The notes under the pieces: model-generated
Seen by the model: only the letters and a program-made list of their open reading frames with translations
The model's database searches: none
What the model was told of the DNA's origin: nothing
Position numbers and translations under genes: made by a program
NCBI RefSeq assembly: GCF_001194135.2
Contig: NC_068983.1
Coordinates: 52,239,501 to 52,273,512 of the forward strand
Source: Octopus bimaculoides
Lineage: Eukaryota
Reading direction: 5' to 3'
Length of the DNA: 34,012 nt
Shown here: in pieces, positions 9,201-21,776 of the stretch
Layout of the letters: every line of letters starts with the position of its first letter
How positions within the stretch are numbered: the stretch's first letter is position 1

Positions 9201-10810
9201 AGTAATAGTTTATTTGTCAGAATTCTCTAGTCACAGATTCTGTAACCTCTATCAAATTTCTGTTTCTGGTGTCTGGCCTGGACACACAAGCCACAGAAAG
9301 TCGCTGAATAGGTCACAGAATGTGTACCGAAAGAATTCTGAGAAATAAACTAAAGTTGAGGTAAAGATCAAATAATTAGGATGTGTATTTAATTGACAAA
9401 AGATGGCCGTCCTCAAATATAACAATATATGTTTGAACACACGATTCCACATCAAGAATTTACAAAACCAACGCACAAACGTATATATATATATATATAT
9501 ATATATGCATTCACTAACAGAAAATGCTTGATATATTCGTCTATTCCCGTTGAAATACATGCTATACATATCCAAATTTTCAGTGTCATATACATAAAAC
9601 ACACTTATACAATAATGGGGGCTGTATTAAATGAAATTATAATGTTGGTGATTGGATAAATAACTTTTCGTTTTAATTGTATGACCATATTTCAAGCTAT
9701 AGCAAATCCAATATGCAGGAAATAAGATAATATTAGGCAGTTTCTGGATGAACATTATGCAATAAATATCGATTGAAGTCTCTGCAAATTCATCAATTCG
9801 GATTTATTGCTGACATTTGCAAATGTATGCAATAGAATATTATGCTTCTCGAAAAGAAGTCACACATTCAGAAACCTTTGAAGCAGGTGGACACATTTTT
9901 ATAATTGAACCATAGATTGTACAATTTTACAATCGATTTATGTTTCTAGACAATGGTAAGTGTCTCACACAGAGGTATAACACCGTATGTTAACCTTTTG
10001 TAGATTTGCTCAAAATTTTGGAGTAGGTGAGTGCTTGCAGTTATTCAAGTCGATATATTGTTGGCGTAATGTCCAGCAGTCAACTTACTGAAAGAGCTAA
10101 TTTCTAAAATAATGAATTAGCTATACTTGTGCACATTTGAAAGATAGTCATAACATTTAAAAATACAATCAGCTATTCATCAACGTTATGGTTAACCAAA
10201 ATTCCATACCTTGTCATTAACGATCGGCACTTAACTTAATAAGGTGGGTCTATGAATATGATATTGGAGGCATTAATATATTATGTGCTGTAGAATTAAA
10301 TGGGTGAAGTCACGCGATTTCTAATTGTGAGATCAGAATAGGTAAATGAGTGATATTTTATATCATGTGTGTTAGACACCCAATCATATTTCTATTTACA
10401 ATTGATTATTGGTATTTCAATGCGGGTGAGAATATTTTTTGTTGTATTATTCATTTGCTGCTTCATTATTTTGATCATTAAGATAGTCGGTTGTGTTTCA
10501 ATATCCTACAGATTCTAATATATAAGAGCGTTTGTATGTATGTATGTTTATCCCATATATATATATATCGTTGTTAAACTGTCGTATGTCCAAATGCGGG
10601 TTTTTCTTACAATATTTATTTTTGCTTGCAATGCCAAGATATCAAAATTTGTTAAGTCGAGTACAACGGTCTTGCTATGGAACGGTGAAACTATTTTTTC
10701 GTTTCCTGGAAAAAAAAACAACACTTTGTGCATACGACAGTTTTGCATAATAGCAACCAAATATATCTCATGATTTTGTGTTGATGACAAACATCAGGTT
10801 TTCGCTAATC

Positions 10811-10994
10811 CTTTCTACTCTAGGCACACTAGTAAAAAAATTGGGAGTTGGAGCCAGTGGATTAGATCGTACCCAGTACGAAATGATGAAAGCAAAGTCG
10901 ACCTCAGCGGAATTTGAACCCAGAACGTAGAGACGGGCGAAATACCATTAAGCATTTCATCCAGCGTGCTAACAAATCTGCCACCTCACCGCCT
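10811..10994 (-). mobile_element. SINE family A with internal deletion
   Basis: ctttctactctaggcac...aaagtcgacctcagcggaatttgaacccagaacgt...gtgctaacaaatctgccacctcaccgcc. Confidence 0.85.
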
Positions 10995-11104
10995 TCAGGT
11001 TCTCTATACTCGTTTTACGTATTTATGTATAGACATACTCTCGGTTCTCTCATTATTGCTCCACTGTTATGGCTGGAATGAGGGCGGACTGTATCCGCAC
11101 GCAG

Positions 11105-11240
11105 AATTTTTTAACCCCAGTTGCGTACGCTGGAGCAACGTAAGATAAAGTACTTTAACACCATAGCACAACGCAACACTCGGTTCAGAGAAGAAAGCCA
11201 CGATGTTAATACCTGAATACAATATCGCAATATCTTAAGC
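11105..11240 (-). mobile_element. Degenerate SINE-like fragment (third family)
   Basis: tggagcaacgtaagataaagtac...cacaacgc resembles the reverse complement of the widespread SINE segment gttgtgtccttgagcaagacactt...gttgctcca; from memory only. Confidence 0.4.
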
Positions 11241-11364
11241 TCTCAGCTATGGACCTTCACATATAGATTTGCATTACTATATCCATGTATATATATGTAT
11301 ATACATATATATATACAAACTATGTGGTTTTTTGTCAATACATTGTCTTATACAAAATGCCAGA

Positions 11365-11415
11365 CTAAGGTATAGGTACAAGAGGTGGTCAGCCAAATTA
11401 TAAGGAGTAGACAAC

Positions 11416-11418
<3 letters not shown>
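11365..11418 (+). repeat. Short interspersed repeat family E, copy 1
   Basis: ctaagg..taggtacaagaggtggt...taaggagtagacaaccac matches the reverse complement of 30037-30090. Confidence 0.75.
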
Positions 11419-11447
<29 letters not shown>

Positions 11448-12431
11448 NNNNNNNNNNNNNNNNNNNNNNNNNNNNNNNNNNNNNNNNNNNNNNNNNNNNN
11501 NNNNNNNNNNNNNNNNNNNNNNNNNNNNNNNNNNNNNNNNNNNNNNNNNNNNNNNNNNNNNNNNNNNNNNNNNNNNNNNNNNNNNNNNNNNNNNNNNNNN
11601 NNNNNNNNNNNNNNNNNNNNNNNNNNNNNNNNNNNNNNNNNNNNNNNNNNNNNNNNNNNNNNNNNNNNNNNNNNNNNNNNNNNNNNNNNNNNNNNNNNNN
11701 NNNNNNNNNNNNNNNNNNNNNNNNNNNNNNNNNNNNNNNNNNNNNNNNNNNNNNNNNNNNNNNNNNNNNNNNNNNNNNNNNNNNNNNNNNNNNNNNNNNN
11801 NNNNNNNNNNNNNNNNNNNNNNNNNNNNNNNNNNNNNNNNNNNNNNNNNNNNNNNNNNNNNNNNNNNNNNNNNNNNNNNNNNNNNNNNNNNNNNNNNNNN
11901 NNNNNNNNNNNNNNNNNNNNNNNNNNNNNNNNNNNNNNNNNNNNNNNNNNNNNNNNNNNNNNNNNNNNNNNNNNNNNNNNNNNNNNNNNNNNNNNNNNNN
12001 NNNNNNNNNNNNNNNNNNNNNNNNNNNNNNNNNNNNNNNNNNNNNNNNNNNNNNNNNNNNNNNNNNNNNNNNNNNNNNNNNNNNNNNNNNNNNNNNNNNN
12101 NNNNNNNNNNNNNNNNNNNNNNNNNNNNNNNNNNNNNNNNNNNNNNNNNNNNNNNNNNNNNNNNNNNNNNNNNNNNNNNNNNNNNNNNNNNNNNNNNNNN
12201 NNNNNNNNNNNNNNNNNNNNNNNNNNNNNNNNNNNNNNNNNNNNNNNNNNNNNNNNNNNNNNNNNNNNNNNNNNNNNNNNNNNNNNNNNNNNNNNNNNNN
12301 NNNNNNNNNNNNNNNNNNNNNNNNNNNNNNNNNNNNNNNNNNNNNNNNNNNNNNNNNNNNNNNNNNNNNNNNNNNNNNNNNNNNNNNNNNNNNNNNNNNN
12401 NNNNNNNNNNNNNNNNNNNNNNNNNNNNNNN
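11448..12431. other. Assembly gap (N run) flanked by (TA)n
   Basis: Ns. Other gaps: 19489-19680, 23444-24016, 24858-24902, 28257-28315, 32264-32338. Confidence 0.99.
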
Positions 12432-12473
<42 letters not shown>

Positions 12474-12579
12474 GCACACATCCGCTAAAGTTTATGTATG
12501 TTTAAATATGCGCATATCTATGTTTATACATGCACGCTCACACAAGCGCACTCATACATACACACGCTTATATATGTAT

Positions 12580-12581
<2 letters not shown>

Positions 12582-12630
<49 letters not shown>
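12582..12630. repeat. (TAGA)n microsatellite
   Basis: Direct reading; a second (TAGA)n tract lies at about 24724-24768. Confidence 0.92.
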
Positions 12631-12631
<1 letters not shown>

Positions 12632-13381
12632 ATTTACATTACGTTAAGAAGTTTTCTAATTTACTAATAACATTTTGCCACGTTTTCTAAACCAATATTC
12701 GTAATTACACATAAGAAAATAATTATATTTTATCTGTTAATTTCTTCATTTCATATCCTCCACATAACAATATTCGTCATCATTATCACTTTCTCGAATA
12801 TTGCTTGCAGCATGGTCATCATCATCAACTTCATCATGTTTACAATATATTTAAATGATGCTTAGTCGCCTGAAGTCTGTTCGTAGCTGTAAGAAATCAA
12901 ACTCAGCCGATTGAATTTGTGCCATTGGAACTATTAAAGAAAGCAGAATATTCCTACATTTCGCTTTCCTATGCATTAATTAATTAATATGAAATTAATT
13001 TAGTCTTCAAATTAACGAATAAATTGTCAGGTTTATCTTAGGTTCTGCTTTGAAGAAATCATAAATTATCAAACTGGATAGGTTGATAGGGAATTTTGTC
13101 ACAGTAATTATTTAATGAATTATAAACATAAAAATTTCTTTGGAATAATAATGTTGTTAATGGCTAAATTTGATCACTAGATCTAGACTCTTAGGAAATT
13201 GTATGATTAGAGCCATTATTTCTGCTGTAGTTCGTTCGCATTTCATCATAGGAGTTTTGCACTTTCAATGCCTCTGTGTAGTATAAATAATTGAGCATAA
13301 TATAATTATAATTACAGCGCGGAAGATACTCGTCGAACCAACTGCGACATGGTCACTGATGCGTTTAGTGAAATGTGTTAT

Positions 13382-13769
13382 ATTCTTTTATTCTTTTACT
13401 TGTTTCAGTCACTTGATTGCAGTCGTGCTGGAGCGCAGCCTTAATCGAACAAATCGATCCCCGGACTTAATCTTTGTAAGCCTAGTAATTATTGTATTAA
13501 TCTCTTTTGCCGAACATAAACACACTTAACATCGGTTGTCAAGCGACGGTGGGGGCACAGACGCAAATACACAAACATATCCACAAATATATGCACAAAT
13601 ATATATATATACGACGAGCTTCTTTCAGTTACGTACACAAAATCTATTCACAAGTCTTTGGTGGGCCGGAGGCTAAAGTAGGAGAAACTTGACCAAGGTG
13701 CCACGCAGTAGGACTGAACCGGGAACCATATGGTTGAGAAGCTACCTTCTTACCCCACACCAACGCCTG
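13382..13769 (-). mobile_element. SINE family C, near full length, diverged
   Basis: Reverse complement of tail (ttcttttacttgtttcagtc) through head (ggtgccacgcagtaggactgaaccggg...cttaccccacac). Confidence 0.88.
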
Positions 13770-14007
13770 TAGTACATTCTTTGAAAATATGCATTGCACG
13801 ACCAAGCGTGATAGTCAATGAAATGAGACGAAACGTTTTTCACAAGTTTATAGAAAACGTAAACACATGCCCTTAAATTCCTTAAAGTATCCTTGGGTCA
13901 GTTACTTTCAAATTGCAAGCTAAATATTTTCCAGTGCAAATGTCGATAGCGTATTCTTTGTTTCAATCAGTTAACTCCGGCCAAGAGAGGACAGTGTCTT
14001 CAAAACC

Positions 14008-14160
14008 TTTTAGGCGAATTAACTGATCCTAGTATTTTTTTTTTATGTAGCTTGATACTCATTCTGTCAGTCATTTTCCACACCGCTAGTTTATGGGAAC
14101 GTAAACACACTAACACCGCTTGTCAAGTGATGGTCAAGACATAGACACACACACATATGT
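14008..14160 (-). mobile_element. SINE family C middle fragment, degenerate
   Basis: ccgctagtttatgggaacgtaaacacactaacaccgcttgtcaagtgatgg resembles family C ccgctaagttacggggacgtaaacacacca...gttgtcaagcgatgg. Confidence 0.6.
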
Positions 14161-14546
14161 GTGTGTATATATTATATATATCAGTGTTGGCCAAAAGTGA
14201 CCCGATGACATGTGAAAATTCCATAAATATTATTTGTAATTCTGTATTGACTCGAATGAAAGAGTGTGTCGCTCAAGAAGGACTTCAGTTCGAACAATTG
14301 TTATGATGGTTCATATTTAGATGCTTTTATGAAAGTCATTAAGGTGTTAAACAAATAAATCTTGGAATTAAATGGTTTTGGTTTACTGTCAGGTGACTTT
14401 TGGCCGTCTCTGTATGTATATATATATATATACATATACTCTTTTAAACAAAATAATATATATATCTATATATATATATATATATATCTATATATATATA
14501 TATATATACATACATATATATGTGTGTGCGAGTGTGTGAGTGAATA

Positions 14547-14580
<34 letters not shown>

Positions 14581-14629
14581 ATGTATGTATATACACATAT
14601 GTATGTATTGTTATTATATATTTATTTGT

Positions 14630-15287
14630 GTCATTCAGCTTATTTCAAGATTTTTTGCTCATAGAGACAACCGGTTTCTAACGTAGATCCAAGGTGCCTT
14701 CATTGGAATATCAACATCAACATTTTTGCTTGTATGTATGTATGTATGTATGTATGTATGTATATATGTATGTATGTATGTATTGTAATGCATATAGTTA
14801 CATATCAAGACATGCCCATATATATTTAAATGATAAAATTTTGGAAATATTGACAAATTTTTACAGTTCCAATGATGGACTGGATCTGTAGTCCTCGAAT
14901 TAGCTTTCTCTTTTCTGGTTTTGAGAAGCTTAATTTCTCAAAATTGATATTTAGACAGTGTGTTACATGACCCAGGGCCCCGATAATTATAGGTATAAAC
15001 CTGAACATGCCATCTGGATAGAGTAACTGCAGATTTATCACTGTAGGTATTCTCATTTTCACTGATCTTCAGCTTTATATCAATATTGGCTTTGCAGCTA
15101 ATTTCCACAATTGTACAGTTTCTCCTCTCTATCCCAAATCATTATATCATGTATGTTGTGCTTACGTATCATTGAGGTCTCCACTGGTACATTACGCCAG
15201 TATTCCTTTTTATTATAAGTGGCTATGGCTTCTACCGTATTGTGGGTTTCAATTTCTTTGTCCTCGGGACTATCCTTCCAACGGATA
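14630..15287 (-). mobile_element. RLE-type (R4-like) non-LTR retrotransposon, 5'-truncated 3' end
   Basis: KEYWRNVPVETSMIRKHNIHDIMIWDREEKL / CTIVEISCKANIDIKLKISENENTY / NLQLLYPDGMFRFIPIIIGALGHV..LQIQSIIGTVKICQYFQNFII*. This fits a decayed restriction-like endonuclease (PD..E..K..KY) and the C-terminal PIIIGALG motif, followed by a 3' UTR containing a (TACA)n tract. Confidence 0.8.
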
Positions 15288-15434
15288 GCTTCTTTCAGTT
15301 TCCGTCTTTCAAATCCAGTAACAAGGCTCTGCTCGGCCCGACGCTGTAGTAGAAGGTGCCACGCAAGGGGGATTAGACTCTGAACCACGTGGCTGCGAAG
15401 CAAACTTCTTACCATACAGTGAAGCCGGCACCTA
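15288..15434 (-). mobile_element. SINE family C 5' head, fused to the R4-like fragment
   Basis: Minus strand taggtgccggcttcactgtatggtaagaagtttgc...gacggaaactgaaagaagc; stops exactly at the LINE junction. Confidence 0.8.
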
Positions 15435-15510
15435 AAATCTAACTTTCAATGTGGTGTACTATTTCCTTGAAACGACATAAATACCCGTGCAAACACACAC
15501 ACAAATATGT

Positions 15511-15686
15511 TGACCGCTAAATCCATAAGTTTGTTTTTATTCTCTCTCTTTATTTCCTCATGTTCCTTCCTGTTGAAGAGCGTCGGCTCGCAATGTAAAA
15601 GACTTTCTAACCTTCCCGAGCGTCAAACTAATACACCTGCTTCTTCATACACCTGCCTTCGTCTTTCGTTTTTCTGTAAATTTCAG

Positions 15687-15688
<2 letters not shown>
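15511..15688 (+). mobile_element. Family B hammerhead-bearing short repeat (core mutated)
   Basis: CTGTTGA-A-GAGC gtcg GCTC-GCAAT-GTA-AAAGA; 23-nt identity ttcccgagcgtcaaactaataca with the minus-strand copy near 28.44 kb; ends at (TA)n. Confidence 0.75.

Positions 15689-15744
<56 letters not shown>
15688..15744. repeat. (TA)n microsatellite
   Basis: Direct reading. Confidence 0.95.
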
Positions 15745-15747
<3 letters not shown>

Positions 15748-15770
15748 AGATAGATAAATAGAAAAACAAA

Positions 15771-16086
15771 CGTGACCTCGGTGGAATTTGAACTCAGAAC
15801 GTAAAGACAGACGAAATACCGCTAAGCATTTCACCGACCGTGCTAAAGTTTCTTATTTCTTAATTGCCCGCAATGGGCTAAACATAGAGGGGACAAACAA
15901 GGACAGTTAAAGATATTAAGTCGATTACATCGACCCCAGTGCGTAAATGATACTTAATTTATCGGCCCCGAAAGAATGAAAGGCAAAGTCGACTTTAGCG
16001 GAATTTGAACTCAGAACGTAAAGACAGACGAAATACCGCTAAGCCTTTCGCCCGGCGTGCTAACGTTTCTGCCAGCTCGCCGCCTT
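15771..16086 (-). mobile_element. SINE A' (alternative tail) joined to a partial SINE A
   Basis: A' 15853-16086 with tail cttatttc..ttgccc.caa.gggctaaacatagaggggacaaac; partial A 15771-15852. Confidence 0.85.
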
Positions 16087-16979
16087 AAAAATTGCAAAAT
16101 ATTAACTACAGTACATTTCTGAGCGTGCCCTATAACCAACATTACTTAAACCGTTAATATTGATTTTTTTTTACATTGGCACAAGATCATAAATTGTTGG
16201 GGAGGATATGATGGAATATATCTAGCCATTACTTAACTCACATTTTATATTAACAACCTAGAAATGATGAAGAAACAAATCAATGCCGAAAATCAAAGGA
16301 GAGCCCTAAAGGTTTCATCTCTCATCGTAAAGGAGTGTTTTAAATATGAGATGGTTGTTTTTTTTATTTTTTATGTCAATCTCCCGATTCGGACGCTTCC
16401 AGCTAGGCGTTTTTTATATTTCATTTTGTACACCACAACTATGAATTACATCATTTAACAATACTTTATTACACGTGATAATAACATATAACAACGAAAT
16501 GTATACACACGCATATATAGACACTCATATAGATATATATTTATATAATGTATGTATTCATATATACATATATAGATATGTACACATAAACTCGTTCTAT
16601 TCCTGTGTCCTGCTTTTTTCTCTTTTCTAGCTATATTGAATATTTCTTTTTTCACTCTTCCATATAGTTTTCTCCGTGTTTCTCTCTTTTCTTTTGATGC
16701 AGGATTAATGTCGGAAATGTTAAGACACATTCCTCACCGAAGATTTAAACATGTACCATATTTTTCAAAATATATCCAGCCACTACGTAATTCACATTTT
16801 ATATTATCAACTCAGAAATGATGGAAAAAATAAAGAATCAATTCCGAAAAGATGAGAGTCCAAGGGGATCCCTGTATGGCTCATGTTAATGTTTACTTTT
16901 ATTCACCGCTATATGTTTTTTTTTTATTTTTTACTTATATATACATTCAAAATGTAACCACATGTGAATCGTTAACGAT

Positions 16980-17140
16980 TTTTCCCGCTCCGTCTTACTT
17001 TTCTGTTGGACTTTCCTCTGTTTCTGAAGAAGAGCTTTGCTCGAAATGTAAAAACCACCTTTCTTTCCTTCCTTGAGCATCTACTAATACTTTATATGTA
17101 CCGTGTCCTCGCTTTGTTGATTTATGTTTGTTATTCGTTT
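16980..17140 (+). mobile_element. Older family B relative with canonical hammerhead core
   Basis: GTTT-CTGAAGA-A-GAGC ttt GCTC-GAAAT-GTA-AAAAC (17020-17055); downstream ttccttgagcatctactaatac resembles family B ttcccgagcgtcaaactaatac. Confidence 0.65.
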
Positions 17141-17321
17141 TTCTTTTTTGGTGGCGGGGTGAATTCCAAACTGTTCAAATGGATCAAATTGACCTGTTAT
17201 TTTGTTTAATAATAGTATAACCATTATAGAAAACTAATGTGTGTTGCTGCCACCTATAGCTGCATTAACTGAATTAAAATATGATTGGGTATATAACGTC
17301 GAAATATAACAAACGAATGAA

Positions 17322-18220
17322 TAACATTGGTTTTTAAATTTTATCACAAAGCCATCAATTTTGAGGTTGGATTTATGACGGTTACATCGATCCAACTGCT
17401 CAACTGATGCCTATTTTATCGACTCCGATAGCATGAAATGTAAAGTCGACGTCGTCAAGATTCTAAATTAAAAATGTAAAAATGGACGAAATGCTGCTAA
17501 GCATTTTTCCCGGCATGCTAAAGGTTCTACAGCTCAGCCCCTTAAACATTTGAATTACATCATAAATATGTTACATAACGCTGAAGATATAACAAACAAT
17601 TGTGTGTAGTTTAAACGAAAGATCAGGTTGATTGGGCAGAAGGATTGTACAGAAGGTGATTAGTTAATACCATCGATAATACTACGAAAATAACTACTAT
17701 ATTTTACTGACCTTGCAAAGTATGAGGTGGGGGATTTGAACTGAAAACATAAAATATCTGAAAACATGCTTTTTTCCAACGCATTTTCAATGACTCGAAT
17801 TCAATACCCGAAAGAGTATAGATTATAGTTTTCGAATTTAGTTTTGAGGGGAAATACACGTGTCAATTACATCAAACCCCAGCACTTGAGTGATAGCTTT
17901 CCTATCGACCCTGTGGGACGAAAGGTGGGAATCGAACATAGAATAGAAAGAATTGGAACAAAAACTATTCTGCAGTTTTCTAAAACTTGACCCATTTTAC
18001 TAATCCACTCCTGCAAGGAATATAACAAACATGATTACTCTAATTTAAACATGAAGACAGAGGAGCAAGTCAATTGTATTGAGTTTAGACGTGAGAGGCA
18101 TACTATCCTTCCGACCCAAGAGATTAAAGCTAATTTGTTTTCTTGATGTGATTGAATTTAGAACATAGAGTCGGAACAAGTCATATGAGAAATGTTTTCC
18201 AATGCTTCAATGATTCTGCA
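17322..18220 (-). mobile_element. Run of three to four old, degenerate family A-related SINEs
   Basis: Recognisable pieces at about 17322-17545, 17620-17790, 17830-17990 and 18060-18220 (tatcgac, gtcgac, atttgaactg/aatttagaac, gctaagcattt). Confidence 0.55.
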
Positions 18221-18254
18221 ATTGTACAGCTTTAAGGAATATAATTAAAAATCC

Positions 18255-18460
18255 TTTCTTGTCTACTCTAGGCACAAAGCCCGAAATTTTGGCCGAGAGG
18301 GCCAGTCGATTGGATCGACCCCGGTACTCAACTGGTACTTAATTTATCGACCCCGAAAGGATTCGTAAAGTCAACCTCGGCGAAATTTGAACTTAGAACG
18401 TAAAGACACGAAATACCGCTAAGCATTTCGTCCGGCGTGCTAACGATTCTGCCAGCTCGC
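18255..18460 (-). mobile_element. SINE family A, full length and young
   Basis: High similarity to the reverse complement of 520-732, from tail to gccagctcgc head. Confidence 0.9.
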
Positions 18461-18506
18461 ATATATAATAATACATATGATATATCGTAATATATTATAA
18501 TTCCAA

Positions 18507-18677
18507 ATTTTTGCCACAAGGGCAGCTTGGGGGAGGTGGTGATGAGTCAATTGCATCGACTCCAGTGTGCAACTGGTACTTATTTTATCGACCCCGAAAG
18601 GATGAAAGGCAAAAAACGAATTTGAACTCAGAATGTAGCGACGGGCGGAATACCGCTAAGCATTTCGTCCAGCGTGT
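18507..18677 (-). mobile_element. SINE family A variant
   Basis: aactggtacttattttatcgaccccgaaaggatgaaaggcaa...gaatttgaactcagaa...ccgctaagcatttcg. Confidence 0.8.
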
Positions 18678-19680
18678 GTAGTAAAAACTCAAGGAATGTA
18701 TTATGGATTTCTCGAACTATCACCCCTTTTTTATTAACAGTAGTTATGAACTGCCCTTAGATTTAGAGGGTTTTATCTCATTTCCTACAGAGATTAAAAT
18801 ATACAAAAATTACGTATCTATTCTTGTAAACATATAATTCAATACACTCTTACATAACAGCCCAGTGTAACACCTCCGTTTCAAAAGATTAATTTCCGTT
18901 AACTATTTCTATTATTAATTATGTAAATTCGATTGAACAAAAACGTTAATTTATTTACTATTTATAAAACTATAATTTCTTATATGCAAATATGCTGAGG
19001 TGAATTCTAAGGTGGTGAAACATCGGAATGTAATTGTCCATTGCTTGACATAGTGATCAAACTCTTTTTCGCGTAGCGCGTAAACTAATAGAGAATTAGT
19101 TTTCATTTTTCGTTCCTTCAAAATATCAGTAGTGCCTCTGCTTACATTATATGCATGGTCACATCAACCACCGATTTGTCTTTTGAAACAGCTGTAAAGA
19201 TATGAGCTAATCACATCATATACAATTTCATATAAATATATGCATGACGTCCATTATCGTTTGTCTGTCTCAACTATAAGTGTGTGTGTGTGTGTGTATG
19301 CATCCATGATAAACATGTCTGTATGTATATAATATATACATCATGCGTATAAATACATTTATTCACATATTTATGCATGAGGTGGCATATATTCTGAATG
19401 GCGTATGTCTCTGCTCTCTGCCTGTGTGTGTGTCTGTTATGACACCAAACGATAAAGTCATTCGAAACAACGCTGGTGATAGGAGGGANNNNNNNNNNNN
19501 NNNNNNNNNNNNNNNNNNNNNNNNNNNNNNNNNNNNNNNNNNNNNNNNNNNNNNNNNNNNNNNNNNNNNNNNNNNNNNNNNNNNNNNNNNNNNNNNNNNN
19601 NNNNNNNNNNNNNNNNNNNNNNNNNNNNNNNNNNNNNNNNNNNNNNNNNNNNNNNNNNNNNNNNNNNNNNNNNNNNNNNN

Positions 19681-19768
<88 letters not shown>

Positions 19769-20424
19769 CATCCATGATAAACATGTCTGTATGTATATAA
19801 TATATACATCATGCGTATAAATACATTTATTCACATATTTATGCATGAGGTGGCATATATTCTGAATGGCGTATGTCTCTGCTCTCTGCCTGTGTGTGTG
19901 TCTGTTATGACACCAAACGATAAAGTCATTCGAAACAACGCTGGTGATAGGAGGGATGAAACGAAAAGTCACACAAGCGATATATTTAAATCTCGGCTGA
20001 AAACGATGCTGGCTGTATTGATTTTCCTCTCAACTGGATCACAAATGTTGGCATCTTAATGAAAATACATGATGCTAACATAAATCCTTCGGTACATTTG
20101 AAATACGATTTAACGCTAATCGTAACTAATGGCTTAGTCCACAAACATATTTGTTTAAAAAAAACATCAAAAACAAGAGAAAGTTCTATGCATAAACAAC
20201 AAGTCTGTTTGTGGAATATTTTTTTATTCCTCAGATCACAAGTAATAGTGGTTTATCATACACTACTCAGCTTTCGTTTTCTTTTCCTCCTTCTATACTC
20301 CATATTCTACGCTACGTTCCATTCACTTTATCAACATTTTCTGTTCTACTTTGTTTTTCCTCTGTCATAGCAACCGCATATGTACCCTTATTTCGATTAA
20401 TGTCTTCATAATAATAAATAGAGA

Positions 20425-20425
<1 letters not shown>

Positions 20426-20489
<64 letters not shown>
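20426..20489. repeat. (TAT)n microsatellite
   Basis: Direct reading; a (TAG)n tract follows at about 20916-20987. Confidence 0.93.
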
Positions 20490-20493
<4 letters not shown>

Positions 20494-20914
20494 TGTTGTT
20501 ATTATCATTAATAGTGGTAGTGATAATAGCCGCAGCAGCAACATTTTCTATATGCTATGTTGGTTTGCAGAACCGAGCGATGTACAAAATTGAATTATAG
20601 ATTTTTTTCATAGTCATTTTCTGAGTTCAACACCATGTCGTTGAAATGAGGACTGGACCGATTCATACGATTTGTCTAAAGTAAAGTGTCACCCAAATAG
20701 TGGAGTTGATGTAAATGTGTGACCTTAGGCGTTTCATTCTTTCAGGAGCTGATAAAATTAAAATGCTAGCCAAATTCCGAGTTGAAATTCGAAGAGTAAT
20801 AAATAAAAATAACTACTAGTTGAACACTGCGGTTGATATAATCAACTTCTATCTTCCCTCGAAAATTGCTAACCTTATCCGAAAATTTGAATCAAATATT
20901 ATTATTATTATAGT

Positions 20915-20988
<74 letters not shown>

Positions 20989-21463
20989 ACATTTTTCTTA
21001 TTCTATGTAGTTGATTGGCCGAACCAAGCGACGGACAATACTATATTGTAGACTTTATATATGTTCTGACTTAAATTAGGCCGACATAAGGTTTGACCTT
21101 CACCCCTCCAGCTTCTATCAAACAATGGACACTCAGTTTAACTGACTTTTACATTTTCCCAAATTTTGCTCTTCATATTTAAATAATTGTTAAATCTGGG
21201 GATTCCATTTTTCGTCAATGTCGGGTCAATAAAATAATATACCTGCTAGGTTTCCACTTCAAGTTCCATAGGGGACAACATTGTTCTCCATCTAATAAAG
21301 ATCTAATCAGGTACTGGGGTCAAGTTAATCTTTTAAACATTTCCTGACAAATTTCGCACCTAGTATCAATCTCAGAAACATTTAAGGTTGTTGGATTGAG
21401 AGAACAGTTAGAGGTCGAGGAAATACTTTGCTGTACTTCATCAGACTCTTTTCATAATGAGCC

Positions 21464-21671
21464 TGAATCTTAGTACGCCGGGCGAAATGCTTGGAGGTAT
21501 CTTGACTGTCTTTATGTTCTGAGCTCACATTTCGATCAAATTTCGCCGGGGTCGACATTGCCTTTCATCCTTTCGGGATCGATAGATAAATAAGAGTTGC
21601 GCACTGGCGTTGATCTAATCGACTGGTTCCCTCCCCCAAAATGTTGGGCCTTGTGCCTAGAGTAGAAAAGG
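21464..21671 (+). mobile_element. SINE family A
   Basis: tagtacgccgggcgaaatgctt...cctttcatcctttcggg...gggccttgtgcctagagtagaaaag. Confidence 0.85.
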
Positions 21672-21776
21672 ATAATGAACCTGAACATCGCTGCAGTTTA
21701 ACTTCTCTTCCATCGACTAAAGGCTTCTCTCAAATTCCCGACAGTATACCTAAATTAGAAATATGTTTTCCCTAAT

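Noticed and set aside
9916-9961. Possible 40-nt exon (catag|...gacaatg|gtaagt, IVQFYNRFMFLDN)
   Set aside because: Weak acceptor, no neighbouring exons or recognisable protein; such sites arise by chance.
11348-12488. Long ORFs across gaps (also 19.3-20.0 kb and 23.3-24.1 kb)
   Set aside because: Made of X residues from N runs.
13350-13380. Hammerhead-like CTGATGC...GAAAT
   Set aside because: Core mutated and no helix I or II pairing.
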